DNA of 64,000 bases, from positions 8,526,451 to 8,590,450 of the forward strand of contig NC_134035.1 of assembly GCF_964204645.1 (NCBI RefSeq), given 5' to 3'. Below are positions 49,431 to 62,758 of the stretch, piece after piece. The stretch comes from Tubulanus polymorphus. Lineage: Eukaryota; Animalia; Nemertea. Every line of letters starts with the position of its first letter. The stretch's first letter is position 1. The notes below the pieces were generated by a model, which saw nothing but the letters and a program-made list of their open reading frames with translations, was not told the DNA's origin and searched no databases. A program made the translations under genes and the position numbers.

Positions 49431-49640
49431 AGATGAAATCCCACTATTTACAGATTTAAAAGACACGACGTTTCGATCTCACCCTAGAGATCATCGATGA
49501 TCTCTAGGGTGAGATCGAAACGTCGTGTCTTTTAAATATTTTAGATTTAATTAATAAATTCTGGTTTTTAAATTATTTTAATCTGTAAATAGTGGGATTT
49601 TATCTTATTATCCGTTCACCACGTTTGAGTGTGGTCATCG
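49431..49640. mobile_element. Fold-back P3 pLTR pair containing a perfect 84-bp palindrome
   Basis: 49454-49537 is a perfect palindrome centred on ATC|GAT; outer arms AAATCCCACTATTTACAGATT / AATCTGTAAATAGTGGGATTT; tail shared with 21330-21360. Confidence 0.9.
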
Positions 49641-50972
49641 TTCTCTAACCCAGTTTAACCCAGCATTTGATATGGAATTTGGATATAAGTTTATGGTTGA
49701 AAGGAAAAACATCGTTAAGCTTTACACAGTTATTTGAATTTTTGTGGTCGTCATGAAGCGGATATAGTGTTGCTTGTAGTAATCTACTATAATTTGCAGC
49801 TAAGATATTAGCTAAGATACTATATAGAAAAAAAAGGCAATCTATTAATTTCGATTTGTCTGAGTTTAGAGAGACACGATGATATTGATGGACTTATCGG
49901 CTCGGTTCAACAAAATAAATGTCCTCGTTTTCCGGGGAAGCTCCAGCTACGATAATCCTGAGTTATGCAACGATGAGAAAAGCTAGTAGTTTTCAGCACT
50001 AAACGTGGACGATTTTATTCATCAGATTCTCTATCGAGTAGCTTTAGGAATTTGCCTGCAATATGTGTCAGGCTTCGAGACTAGTCTCTAACTCGACTGC
50101 CAGGCTGAGGTGTCAAGTTGACAGATGTCTACATGGTTGCGGGAATAATTGTAAATTAATGGTGAATTAAAACAATAGCTCGATTAAAAGTTTACATGTA
50201 ATATCATTTTTGCTAAATCGGCTTCGATTCGCGACATTTCGTTCGCGAATGATAAACAACTCGGTTTAATCGTTCACAATTGGTTAAATACTGTACGCGT
50301 CGAGACTTTTCTGCCCGATCGCGTGACGTCGGCGCCTACAGCCTACAGCCCGCGCGCGTATAATAACTTATCGCACCATCTTCCGCCGTCAAATACAGAA
50401 TTTCTCATTAGTCTCCTGTTGCGAGGATAGCACCGACGACATCACTTCGACAAATACAATTATAGCGCGCCCGAGTATCGAGTATCGTGCGTCTAATACA
50501 CGCGAGTTTTGTTTTATATCACCCCCCTCTTCCCTCTACCCCTTTCCCCCTCTCCCCATCGGAGGTAACGAATTAATTTACGACGTTCATGAATATTCAT
50601 CGGTCGCGTTGACTGCACGGGAAGTCGGCACCGGGGTATTATCCGCGTAGTTTATTCCTTTAGTTCAAACATGTTCCGTCTAACAATTACGAATTTCTCG
50701 ACTTTCGATTTGAGATGATTACCGTCTTGTTCGTCTGATGACGTCGAATATTCTGCCGAGATCGCATTTCTCATGTCTCAGTTTACGTAAAGTGCAAAGA
50801 GATTATTATTATGAGATTATATGAGAAATCGAATCGTCATTGCTATTATCATTATCTTTATTACATCTTGAAAATGGCGTCAAATTATCCGAATGACCTT
50901 CGTTGACAGAATGCTCAGCCATCTAGAATTACTATAGTTTTGCAAACTCGATTCGTAATTCTTCCTCGGTAA

Positions 50973-51011
50973 CCGATGCACACCAATGCACACCAATGCA
51001 CACCGATGCAC
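50973..51011. repeat. 10-bp minisatellite x4
   Basis: CC(G/A)ATGCACA repeated. Confidence 0.9.
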
Positions 51012-51671
51012 GAATGATTGAGGTCTACCCATTCCACAGGGAATGAATAGGATAGATTTTCAGAATTCTTTCAGACATTGTGAGGATTTTGCGATATTTC
51101 TTTTAAAGATTCTTAGCACGACTCGAATAGAGTTTCGATAAAAGGTTACCCGAGGAAAGATCAGCAATATCCGCGCGTATCTTTCTGCATTCCGTGAAAA
51201 CGACAATCGAATACTTCCTGAAATAGAACTGCTGTAACTTCTACGGATTTCATTTTAACGAGTTCGTTTTTTTATTTGTGTCCTTGCAAAAAAAACACGT
51301 GTATGGATTTGAAGCGAAAAGTTAGAAGCTGAAATTGATCCGCGACACGCGATTCATCATTCCGTGAATTCATTAAGCGACGCTTATATTTTGCCTGGAC
51401 TGTCGTTACGCGCAACACGACGCGGTTAATCAGAATCTGAGCCGGCAATAAACATGCTACTAGATCACATCATAACTGAACCAGGGATAATAGTGCGTTC
51501 TATTGTACTTTTTCGGCGTCGGAACGAAAATCGCGACTAATCGCGGTCCATTTCGCGTGATCATCGTCCGCGCTAAGTTTCCGCGATTTCATATCGTAAA
51601 TTACGTCCGATTCAAGGCTTTTCAACGACGAACGACTCGTTCGTTTCGTTCGCAAAATGTACGCCATTCGT

Positions 51672-52001
51672 CAGGTATGTCCAGAATTGACACTTGACAG
51701 AATTCCGGAATTGTTTTGTTGACCGCTTGATGGGTCCACTCTCCTGAATTCTGGAAATTTCTGCACAGAATTTTCTGCCAAAATATCTGTTTTCCGGATG
51801 TCCTGCTGATTGTTTGATTGGTACCCCCCCCCCGAATTGTTGTGGATATTTCTGGCCAATATTTTCTCGGTCCCCCCAGAATTCCGGAAATATCTGGTTA
51901 GAATTTTCTGCAATATTTCTATTTTCCAGAATTTTCTGTTGTTTAATAGATGGGTACCCCCCCCCCCAGAATTCTGGAAATTTCATTTCTGGACATGTTT
52001 G
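51672..52001. mobile_element. 330-bp MITE (hAT-like CAGG end) with internal CAGAATT(C/T)/poly-C subrepeats
   Basis: CAGGTATGTCCAGAATTGA / TCATTTCTGGACATGTTTG; repeated CAGAATTCCGGAA and GGTACCCCCCCC units. Confidence 0.7.
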
Positions 52002-52414
52002 CATCCGCGCATGTCACAGCCGCACGAATCTGCTCGTCCCCAAAATAAATAATCATAGAATAACTTCATCGTACGTAACGGCGGTTATAACGCAAACACA
52101 TCACGCGCGGAGTGCTCCCTCTCTGTAGAACTGTTTTTAAGCGCCCGCGGTGCTATCTCCGCGCGCGCACATCATCCCTTGCGGTAATTCATCCCTCTCA
52201 TAACATAGGCTTATATTATTTCAAGGAAAAATAAACTTGAAATTGCGTTTACTTAATGCAATTTTTTGTTCATCTCGCTGCTCTTATAGACTATTCGGTA
52301 CGCGATGGTAAGTCAATTTCAATTTCAGTAGCGATTTATTTCACAGAAAAGCCTAACATTATTACTAGTTAAACATTTCAAAAAGAAGAGAGAGAAATAT
52401 GTTAATTTAAAAAA

Positions 52415-52525
52415 TTGTAGTGTGCTTTTCCATGTAGGCCTTGCAAAGCCTTGTAGGCCGCTAGTGCAGGCACAAAGAGAGGCAAATATAGAGAGAAGAG
52501 AGGTGAGAAAGATGAGAAACAAATG
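52415..52525 (-). mobile_element. Family F hairpin-end fragment
   Basis: GCTTTTCCATGTAGGCCTTGCAAAGCCTTGTAGGCCGCTA plus a GA-rich tract. Confidence 0.75.
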
Positions 52526-53456
52526 AGCTCATAGCAGAGAAAAATACAAGAACAGTAGACTGGGGTGTAGGAGATATGATAGAGATAATGGAGATAATAA
52601 TGAATAACGAACAATTTAATGAACATTGGTGGCTGCTGATTCTGGCCAAATAAGAAATATGACAATGATGATAATAATAATAACATGACGTCAAAAAGAA
52701 ATGTAGGCGTTGTCAAAGCAGAAGTAATGGTTTGAACGTGGCATCAGAAACAGTCGGTTAAAGCGCGCGTTATACGTGTATGAAAAAGAAATTTTGTGAG
52801 ATTGGATGTCATATTATTTTCTCATTAATTCGGCAAAAATCAGCCACCTCAGAGGTGTCTATCATGATGCAAATGCATATGAAAATGTTCACGTTGGTCG
52901 CGGAGGTTTGAAATCGTACCTGTATTAAAACGGATGAAAACTGCTCAGCGAATTGTCAACAAAGCCTGCAGGCTTATACGGTGTTTGGTCGTGACATCTA
53001 TCGTATACGAAGTCGTTGAGCGGCTTCGGGCAATTAGCTTTACGCAAGACAGCAGGTTCTGCCACAACGCGAGTAGAAGTAGGCAAAGGGTACGGTGTCG
53101 AGATCCGTGGGAAACCTACCAATATCGGCTTTCACTCTGTCATCACACGTGCTTGATCTGTATCCTAACAACATAAAGTGTTTTATCGATGCAGAATTAT
53201 CCTGAATTCGTGATATTTAGACGCGATATTTGGATGCATTTCAAAGATGAAAAATCATTTCTAACTCGTAACGAGGCTTGTAGATTCGTCCGAACAATTC
53301 TGTGATGGAAACGTTGCACGAATAGACGCTCTGTTGTGGGGTTAACGGTCAGGCTCACGCCTGGGCAAAATCTCATCTCCAGCAGGTTCTCTAAGCCCTG
53401 CAAAGGGAGGCTGGCCTTAACATTTTAGGCAAGTTATTTGATAATATGTACTACGA

Positions 53457-53630
53457 CCGCTACTGTGGCGAGCGAGGATTCCTATTCGCTGGTGGTTACT
53501 CCAGTTCTGCATTTCATTTAGATTCAATTTCAATTCAATATACTTTCTTCATCATCAAATCAATTCAACCAAATTTTCTTTGAAATCTATGACGTTGAAT
53601 AAGTGGGAAAAGTCAATCATATATCTATTG
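53457..53630 (+). repeat. Repeat family E (degenerate)
   Basis: CCGCTACTGTGGC...GAGGATTCC and GGGAAAAGTCAATC...TCTAT match the 63596-63850 copy. Confidence 0.55.
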
Positions 53631-53994
53631 ATCGTTCCATATCAGCCAAAAATGTAGTTCAAATTCCGTTGTCAGATCTAATCGTCGAATCAAATGTCAT
53701 TAGTTCGCGTTCTGCTCTGAGCTTTAACATCGAGCTACATGAAGCGTGGGAATCCCACATTGATATAACCGGAGATAAGTCCGAAAAGTTTCCTATAAGC
53801 TATAAATTCATTCATTCGGCGTCTCGACTATGACCTAACAGTCATCAATAGTCAGGAAGACGACTTTTAGTTTAAAGTCGAAACAATAATCCATTATCCT
53901 GTTACATTTTTCTTCATTTAATCATACTTATTATATAAGTCCAATAACGTAACATCGTAATGAAAAAAAATTTCAATTTCAATTTCAATATTAA

Positions 53995-54065
53995 TAAATC
54001 TAAAGCTTAAGAAAACTTTTCGGACTTCATCTTCAGTTATATCAGTGTTGGATTTTCCTATATAA
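53995..54065 (+). mobile_element. P2 pLTR tail fragment
   Basis: AAACTTTTCGGACTTCATC...TATCAGTGTTGGATTTTC. Confidence 0.55.
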
Positions 54066-54681
54066 GATAAATGTTTACACTATTCATTTACTTTATTCTC
54101 ATGACGTGTGTGCGCTGCTATAGACAACATATCACAGCGACTTAGCGTTGAATCTCGTTTGCAGACGTATGCTATTGTAACTGCAAGATTAGGTTTTCCT
54201 ATGTAGAATCCACGGCGTCTCATCAATACAACGAGTCCCTTTGAATACTGACACTTTTTTGTCCGCCCAAAGCAATCATCGTCCATTCAACTCTGAATTG
54301 ACGAGTTAGCGGATACTACGAACGAGTGTTTTTGTCTGTACGGATGGAGATACCGCTTTCATCATTCCACTTCAGGCTTTCGGCGTTCTCAGTGGTTTTT
54401 TTGTTCCTAGTAGCTCCATTCGGATCGCTTTCCGCTAACTTCATTTGGGCGATCAGTCGAAGTGAAAAATAAAATCAATTCGTCGGGGAATAGCACGCGA
54501 AACGAGAACGAAAATAGTCTATCCAGTAACGAGGGATGACGAAATCGGTGGATTGATTCCGGCCTTAATTCCTGGTGCAATTGAGATGGTAGTAAACCAT
54601 TAACCATTTCTACAATTAGGTTTTTCGAGTCAAATTGATTCAACCAGCCAAATTTCAATTTGCCTCCATTCTCATTCTCCT

Positions 54682-54765
54682 TGAATGAATGAATGCATGA
54701 ATGTCATGATTTATAAAGCGCCCATTTCATTTATGAAAAAAAAAAAAATGTTCAAAGGCGCTCCC
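54682..54765 (-). mobile_element. L2-type SINE/LINE 3' tail
   Basis: Minus strand AGCGCCTTTGAAC...GGGCGCTTTATAAATC...(CATT)n. Confidence 0.6.
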
Positions 54766-54827
54766 CAGGAATGAAACGGCGTGTGAACCGGAATGTTTTT
54801 AGTTCTGATTGAAATGCTGAGAGATAT

Positions 54828-55157
54828 AGGTATTCGAACCTGATGGCATCGAGACTGCGCCACAGCCCGAAACCCTGCCTGACTAGACCGAGTGCGCAGC
54901 TCAGATAGTGTCATTCTCAACCAATCAGAAATCCCGTTTTATATTGGCCCGGGTTTGTCCATTTATAGTTCATCCGTGAAAGTGGCTGCAGTAATTATAC
55001 AGCGGGCAATCCGATTGTGCCGCACATTTTCTTGCGGCAAACCTGCGCACTCGGGCAAGGCAGGGTGACTATAAGTCAGGGTTTCGTGCCGTTGCACGTT
55101 CGTTTCGTGACTCAGGCGATGATGCCATCAGACTCGAATCTCCGACGACGGAGGATG
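54828..55157 (-). mobile_element. Family A MITE copy (left tip missing)
   Basis: TTCGAACCTGATGGCATCGAGAC...ACTAGACCGAGTGCGCAG...GATGCCATCAG...GGAGGATG. Confidence 0.85.
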
Positions 55158-55997
55158 GTATCCGTCGCATCTCAGCCCGATATACGTAGGCTAGCTATGA
55201 AACGTGTTGATGTTATCCCGGAATTGAATAATAGATTATTAACTTGGCGACCAGTAGCTTTTTTCTGTAACCGCTCGCGGCTAATTTTCCTCAAAACAGT
55301 CGTTACATCGAACATTCATGAACCCTCTTGGAAAATGGCAATCGTTGTAGAGTTGCCACATAATCCTTTGGAAATCGAGACATACTGGCATCGCCCGTCG
55401 GCTCTGTCGTTTGAAGGTTACGAAACGAAGAGATGCGAGCTAAACACGGCAAGATTTCGAAGACAGATCGACGACTGTTGGAAACCGCTTTATTCGACGC
55501 TGACAGTGAAATCTTCTCTCAAACTGTTTGGAACATCGCCAATGTTCCCGAAACATTGCAACAGTTTCTAATGGTTAATGCGTTTAGTTATACGTGATAA
55601 ATCTCTGCCGGACAATCCATGATCGGCAGATGATTTAACCGCACGAATAAGATGAGTTAGAGAATAGACAAAAATGGGCAGAGAACGGCAAACTGTCAGA
55701 ATGAAGATATTACTTGGGGTTAATCTTGCTAAATTACATGATATAATGAGGCCTTTTTCTATCGTTTTAAAAACTCAAATTATTTTCGACGACTATTATA
55801 GATGATATTCTGATGACCCGCCTTGGATTGACCGGATAAGGATAATGCATTGTGTTGCAAATTTGTGAATTGAATCCATGTGGCCAACTTTGTCAAATTT
55901 GAATAACATATAAGCACGTCTCGTAAAAGGTTTTTTTTAAAGAAAAATGACTCAACAATACCGGACAAATATGACTGACATTAATCTCAGTTCAGAG

Positions 55998-56200
55998 TTA
56001 ACATGTTAAAACCCACAGTAGATATAGAAAGCTTAGTTCATTAGCTGACAGTTTTTGGGTTACTTCAAACCCCATCACCAGAGAAACCGATAAGACATTT
56101 TTGGTTTCTCTGATGATGAGGTTTAGAAGTTACCCCGAAACTGTCAGTTAATAAACTAACTTTTCAATATCTTTTAACTGTTGGGTTTTTACTTGTTTAG
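55998..56200. mobile_element. Fold-back pair of hammerhead-bearing pLTR fragments (family P4)
   Basis: 55998-56088 and 56103-56199 are imperfect inverted copies separated by a 14-bp spacer. Confidence 0.8.
56108..56147 (+). ncRNA. Minimal hammerhead ribozyme motif
   Basis: CU-CUGAUGA-U-GAGGU-uuagaaguu-ACCCC-GAAAC-U-GUC-AG. The opposite arm has CUGGUGA/AAAAC (dead). Confidence 0.65.
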
Positions 56201-58446
56201 GCAACGTACCCTTGTAAAATGGCAGAACAGATAATAATTTTCATCAATACAGTACGAAAACAAAACAAAGCCGACTTAATTAAAGTTAGTATACATTTTC
56301 ATTTGTAATTCACATGTTAGATAAAACAAGGACAGTTTGAAGATGAGTTTTTTTTCTCTAGCAAAGAAGTTTGCAAAGATAGATTGCTTTTGTCTACGTA
56401 TATGAAGAAAACCGGCAAGTAACGTTGTATCAACTATTTCAAGGAGTCACACTCAAATATGAAATGAAATCGATGTATTAGTGCGCCGCTTGAAAGCCGC
56501 CCGATGATCGCGAGAGGAAATGCAACGCTACTAGTTCGAAATGGAGTGGGTGACGTTTATGATGTCTAGTTAAACTCTCAAGGCGCGTTTGGTGAACACT
56601 TGAGCATCGACGGCAACTGACAGGACGTGTCTGAGATGCCGGATCTATTCGCAACGTTCGCGCGGTCATACACCGAGCATCCAGAATTAAATTGACTCGA
56701 GCTCGTTGAACCTTTTCAATCCGAAACCTGAATAGTTTGCACAGCTCGGGGATTTAGACGCGTATTACGATGGATCTGCGATTGGATTTCGGTTTTTCCA
56801 ACCTGCATCTGACGATTTTAATCTCGATCTCTCTCGATCTGAAATTGGTTTCTTTTTCGCTGCGAGCGACAGATCGCGGGCGGTTCGTATTTTTTAAGCG
56901 GGCGATATCATCGCCGCGAGATCCCGACGGGCGAAACGATCTTTAATCGCATCGCATTAAGTCCGCGACCTGCTTTTTCCCGTTGGAATTTCAGCGGTAT
57001 TCATCTATCCTCTTAAGTACTAAACGCCAACTCGCTTAAGCACTTATACATCTTATATACGATCGTCGACTTAATTGACATTTGATACACCCTTTTATCG
57101 CATCAACGTTTTTCAACAAAACAACGAGGACATTTCCATGTCTTCTCTTGATATTTCCCGTAGTTGGCTTCGTCGTGGTATATCGAATGGTTGTTATCAT
57201 AATGGCAACCGTCAGTGCCGTCAATATTCTCGCGGGGTAAAAAAAATTTCGTTTTTAGCTCATTAGTCCTATTAGAATCGTCGGTATTGTTTATCGAACA
57301 GTTGGTAAAGCTTGCGGATAAGACATAATGCACCGCTCGTTCGAAACGTCGGCATTCGGGTGGTTATCAAGACTTGACTGGATGTAATTCGATACATTAG
57401 CGGACGCAGAGGAACGCATTGTAACTACCATCACGCTAAAGGGAAAGATTATCCGGTGTGCAATGGTATCAATGTCCCTTTCCATATTGTTCAACTATCT
57501 TTATATATTTTGTTAATTATAAAAAGTTTTTGTGTAGAAAACAAATCATATCATATCATATCATATCACTGAATACAATAATATTATAAGTGATGCATCG
57601 TGCACGTTGAAAACGCTGCCGTGTAACCGTATAATCGTAACTTAACTAGTTTCATGCTAGTTTCGTGATAGCATGAACAAATCATTTAATGTGAATCTGA
57701 GATTTAAGGTTTTTGTCTGTGATAAACCAAATGCCGTTGAATTTGAACGTGTACTTGTTGAGTTGCTTTTCGCGTCAGAAGCAAATAAATACGAGACCGT
57801 CAACACAGGTTTGTCCTATTGCGAGATGTAGGCTAAACAATGCATTATATCTTTAGGTCTTGTGAGTAACCAACTGCTGTTTAAACCTGCAACTCAATCC
57901 GGTATACATTGTTCGTATATCGTAGCCATTTGTTCATTCAAACTTACTTAGTACGGATTTCAAACGAAATACGTAGGATATTTGAATGACCGAAACTGGC
58001 CCCCGATATAGATCCGACGCCAACCGTCATGAAGACTTGACCTTCAGTCCATTCGTTAATTGAATACAATCAAAATGAAAAACATTGCGACCTGATGGAG
58101 TTTGCGTAATGAAGAATGGGCGTGGGCGTTCTAAAAACGCTGAAATTTTATAAGAAAGCCACCGTTACAACTGACTCGTTCAAAAGGGCCTCAAAGAATT
58201 CCTCGGATGGCATCAATGTGTTGGTTATAAAATCTGCTGGTTAATGTTGTCGTCACCATCGGGCAACGGTGAAACATCGAACGCGCATTTTCATTTTTTT
58301 CCTCTTGGCGACAGCGTTCGCGGAAAATCCTTCGACGCGTTTCACATATCCACATAAAGACAACGTTTCTTCCCGGAATACCCGAGAATAACATTCTCAT
58401 ACGAATACATGTCCTCGGGTAAAGCACCAAAGAAAATTGTATCGAT

Positions 58447-58560
<114 letters not shown>

Positions 58561-59964
58561 CCTCTTACGACCGCATAAACTTTAATTGTCTGAGACACAA
58601 ATAATATCATCTTTCAAAGGATGCGGCTTCACTCGCAGCCGCTCGATCTTTCTTTCATCTTACCCCAGTCTTCCAATTTTCCTAAATTCTCCCCTGTCGG
58701 TCGATTTGAAGATGTCATTATATACCACACGAATGTTATCGCAAACCGACTCTTTCGCGCAGTTTCGAGTTGTGATAAAAAGTGACAAATTGCAATTGTT
58801 CGTGTCTGCAATTCGCCACACGCGCGGGAGCTAGGTCCTCGAATCCGGTGGCTCTTTGATGGATCTTTTTATGCAACGGCGTTGAAGTAATTAGTATTTG
58901 CGGGCTGGTATTTAAAACCCGGTGTACATAGAAATACGGTGTAATCGGTTTACAAACTGCGGGAGCTGGTATAATATGCAATGCTCTTGTCGGTAATTTA
59001 ATCATATACCGCTCGACCTTTTCCATATCAAAACTCATCCCATTTCTGAAACTGTTGATATCGTAACGAGCGCGATGTCAAAATGTACTCGACTTCATGG
59101 GCATTAATGTGAAAACCTGCCGTAATCGTTCAAGCCCTGTAGTTTTTATGATAACGTTTGCTATATTAATTAATCGGATCGGCTCTTCTATGTTTATATA
59201 CCTCATTTTCCCTCACTGCATCCGTACATCTTCTCTACTCCATCCTCATATCTGATAAGGATGAGATTTCGTATTGAGATTTAAGTTTTTTGTAACTAGA
59301 TGTTTATGAATATAGTGAAGTATGAATAGCTAATTTTCTTCCTATTAACAAACGCAAAAACGCCAAAACGCCACGTGAAAACAAACAATTTTTTTTATTT
59401 CATTGCTGTTTTTGTTCATCTCGACTCAACTCGATTTTTCATTTTGTATTCAGTAAAAAGAATCGTCGGAGATTCTGCGTCAATGTTCACCGAATCAGAG
59501 GCGGAAGGATTTCTTCCACCGCCGGAAATTCAATGAATCAGTGCTCGCGTTACCTTAGCGTACTGGAGTGAAAGTGCGAAAAGGTCGCCCGCTAACCCCG
59601 AAACTACAAAAAAACACATCCGCGGGAGGTGTCGTTTTATCACAAAAACTGTCAAATAATCTTCCGGAATCTGGTATTAAAATCTGGTATAAATTCCTTT
59701 TATTTTCCAACCCCGAAATGAATGAGTATTAAGAGATTAATCAGATCATATTTCGTAAGGTTTTGTAGTTTTTTTTTCAAATAGTGATTTAATAACAATA
59801 AAATATGATGCTATTATTTCATTTTCTATACTTTACTTAACTATACTACGTTTCACAGTTTGTTTACTTATGCTTTTGTATCATTATTATACATAATAGA
59901 ATTCACCATAATGACATTGATAATTGAATAAAACAACGTCATTATAAATGCTCATTAAAATGAC

Positions 59965-60100
59965 AGTCTTTCAAAATGAATTTTAAAGCTTCTACGCGAA
60001 GTGTCTAATGCAAGTAGGCAACCGTTCCATATAGATGGCACCGTAAGAATAAGACAGCGTTTACCAATGAAACATTCCAGAATTTACTTGAGAGTTGACA
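59965..60100 (-). mobile_element. Degenerate CR1-group LINE ORF2 C-terminus
   Basis: Broken minus frames GKRC...PSIWN / LPTCIRH / SFKIH match the ..WN.LP..IR...SFK..LK LINE terminus. Confidence 0.5.
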
Positions 60101-62758
60101 TGATTACCACGTGGTTCATAAAGAGGCGACAATTGCCGGTTAGAGCGGTAGCGATACCACGAATACGGCAAGGAGTAACACCTGCAACTCAACCCGGCGT
60201 TGACACACTGACAGATTTTTTAGAGCGTTTGAGCATTTAGAGATAGATTCAATTCAATTTCGAATTCTTTTTCCAATTCTTTTTATACTCAAGCGCCAAT
60301 AATGCACGTGTCAGTTCCAGAGCTCATGGTTTATTTGACTTTGCCAAATTCATCGAGAATCCGAGATGCGAATCGATTCGTTGTAATTTCTTTCACATTT
60401 TTGCTATACGTCTACAAGATAGTATCTTTATTGTCTGACATCGAGAAAGATGCATTGCAACCATTTCGCGTATATTAACAAGTGTCATATTGGGCATGTC
60501 ACCGATGCAACTCACGTTCGCTGTGATTAGTTCAGCTGGGACGTTTCTCTCTGTCCATGGCACAATTCGGTATTCCGCGAAGATTGCGCTTTTTCATTTC
60601 CAACGGTTGCGTGAATGCCTAATCGAGCAGAAGACAATTTTTCTATCGCGCGGTAGCAATTTCTCGTTTCAGCCCCGCGTTCGCCGGCGATCATATTACG
60701 CGATAGTCCGCTTAATCCTCGGTCATCGCGCGGGGTCGTTTCCAGCGATAACCCGCAACGACGACGACGACAACGAAGCTGCAGGAAATGCGTTATTGGA
60801 TCACTTAGGAAATTGTAGCTTTTTAGGTGTCATAATAGACCGGACGTAAAAGACAAGGAAGGTGACGCACCCGAGAGCCTTCCAGTCATGTTACTGCAAT
60901 TATCCTGATTATAAGAATATGATCTAAATCTTAATGGTAGAAGAGGAATCCAAGATTCCTGTCGTTATCCTTTGAAGGGTTCCATGGATTCCCTACCAGA
61001 TTCGTACCGTTGGAACTGTTGTCTAGTAATAGCTTTGGTGCCTATAAGCTCGACGCACAAAAGCTCTGCTTCCTAATGCGGTTTTAGCTGAGCACAATTG
61101 CTCGTACGTTATAGCCTTAGCTGACGAATGTCAAACCCAGCTCATGTAGCGACTACGACTAGAAGCAACTGCTGGTTTTGCCGAGCAAGTGGCGCGCCCG
61201 AAATCTGTTCGTTTTTAGTCAGTGCCGCGTAAGGATGGCGTATATCATACAAATGTTGATCAGATTAGAAAAGAGAGATTGAGATTAGACCAGATTAAGA
61301 AGATGAAAAGACCGAGTAGGACTTAAAGACGAGCACCGAGTTATAAACTCACCGAAGAATAAACCTCAAGATACTTTACAGGACGGTTTTTAGATCAGCG
61401 AATATGATCTGTATAAATATACCGAAGACGATGTCCATCTATAGAGTGTAAGGTGAGACGTGTGGCATTTCAGTGCAGTTCAGCGATTCTATCCATTAGC
61501 CTTTACGACCTCCTCGTTTGAAGTATTAAAACTAACGGCTTTTGCTAAGTCCCAACGCGTATCCAATACCCGATAAGAATATATTTGCAAATGGCAAAGC
61601 TTGAACTTCATGCGCCTGTCTCTTTCGAAAAGCATTAACGAAAAAAAAACCCCAACCACGACAGACCAACGCTCGGTGGAGGTGAAACGATCATTAAATT
61701 CTGCAGAGATTTCTTTGATTTGTTTTGCAGACGTTTTTATCTGAAGAGGTTCTGCCTGGCGCCTGCGTCGTCGCATGGTGCAAACACTCGAAGAAACAGT
61801 GGGAGCGGCAGCCTTCTTGATGCAAAAATGGTTCCGTTGATTGCATTATCGAGCGCACCGGCTAATAGGTTTAGGCCGTTTTATGCCTAACTAAAATGGA
61901 TTGCAATGTGATGTTTTTCATCTGTTTCATTGATTAGAGTCATATTACGCGCATTGACGGAAACCCATTCTTATATTTTGTCTTCTTCACGGCCACTTTT
62001 TGTATTCACGATAAAAACTTTCTAAAGCCCGACGCACACAACGCAGAGAGGCAGTGAAACACGGAATCACGGAATCAAACATGGTGTTTAATCTCGGGAG
62101 CATTATTATATCATTTAATTACTTTGATAATTTACGATTACCATTATCAATATAATCTTTGATTGCGAGTTGACGCAACCTCGTTAAAAGTGGGCAATAA
62201 CTTCGGTTAAACTATCGATAGCATTTGAAATCTACAGGAATATCATTTCTGCCACCAGTGACAAGTGATCTCGTTTCAGTTGAACGAGAATTATCGTTTT
62301 TGCGCGTTTCGCGTTGCGGAGGGTGTGTTTTCGAACATTAATGTTGAGAAGGTGTTGAAAGATGTTTCTTTTTCTTTGTGCTCGTTGAATGAATTCGAAC
62401 TATAGACGATGCTCTGTCGCCTTCTGGTCGAATTTCGAAAATCAGACGACGATCATCTCGCGTTGATTATGGTTTTCTTTTGTTTGAAGTTTTCGCTCGA
62501 AATCTGTGGTAACGATTTTTTTCCAAAGGCGTCGACATCAAAAGTTAAAGGCAGTGTCTCTTTTGGTAGTTTGATACTTTGATGTTTCGTTGAGGTGTTA
62601 TCAGATTTGCTCCCGACAACCTTAGAGTGTCAGTGATGTGAGAAGTCTCACACGATACAGCATCCTCGCTTGCCAGGGGTCCGGTATCGCTCCCCGAACT
62701 CGCTTCCACCAGCCCCGTGGCCTCGCGACGCGTTACTTCATTACAGGCGCTGTTGCGC

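Noticed and set aside
51612-52128. Cluster of overlapping ORFs with repeated PEFWGG
   Set aside because: Translation of the internal subrepeats of a MITE.
53185-53230. DAEL/PEFVIFRRD resembling a LINE APE endonuclease motif
   Set aside because: Single short motif without flanking ETW or GDFN support.
55017-55571. Longest ORF (184 aa)
   Set aside because: It starts inside a family A MITE, has a GTG start, and shows no recognisable domain or splice context.
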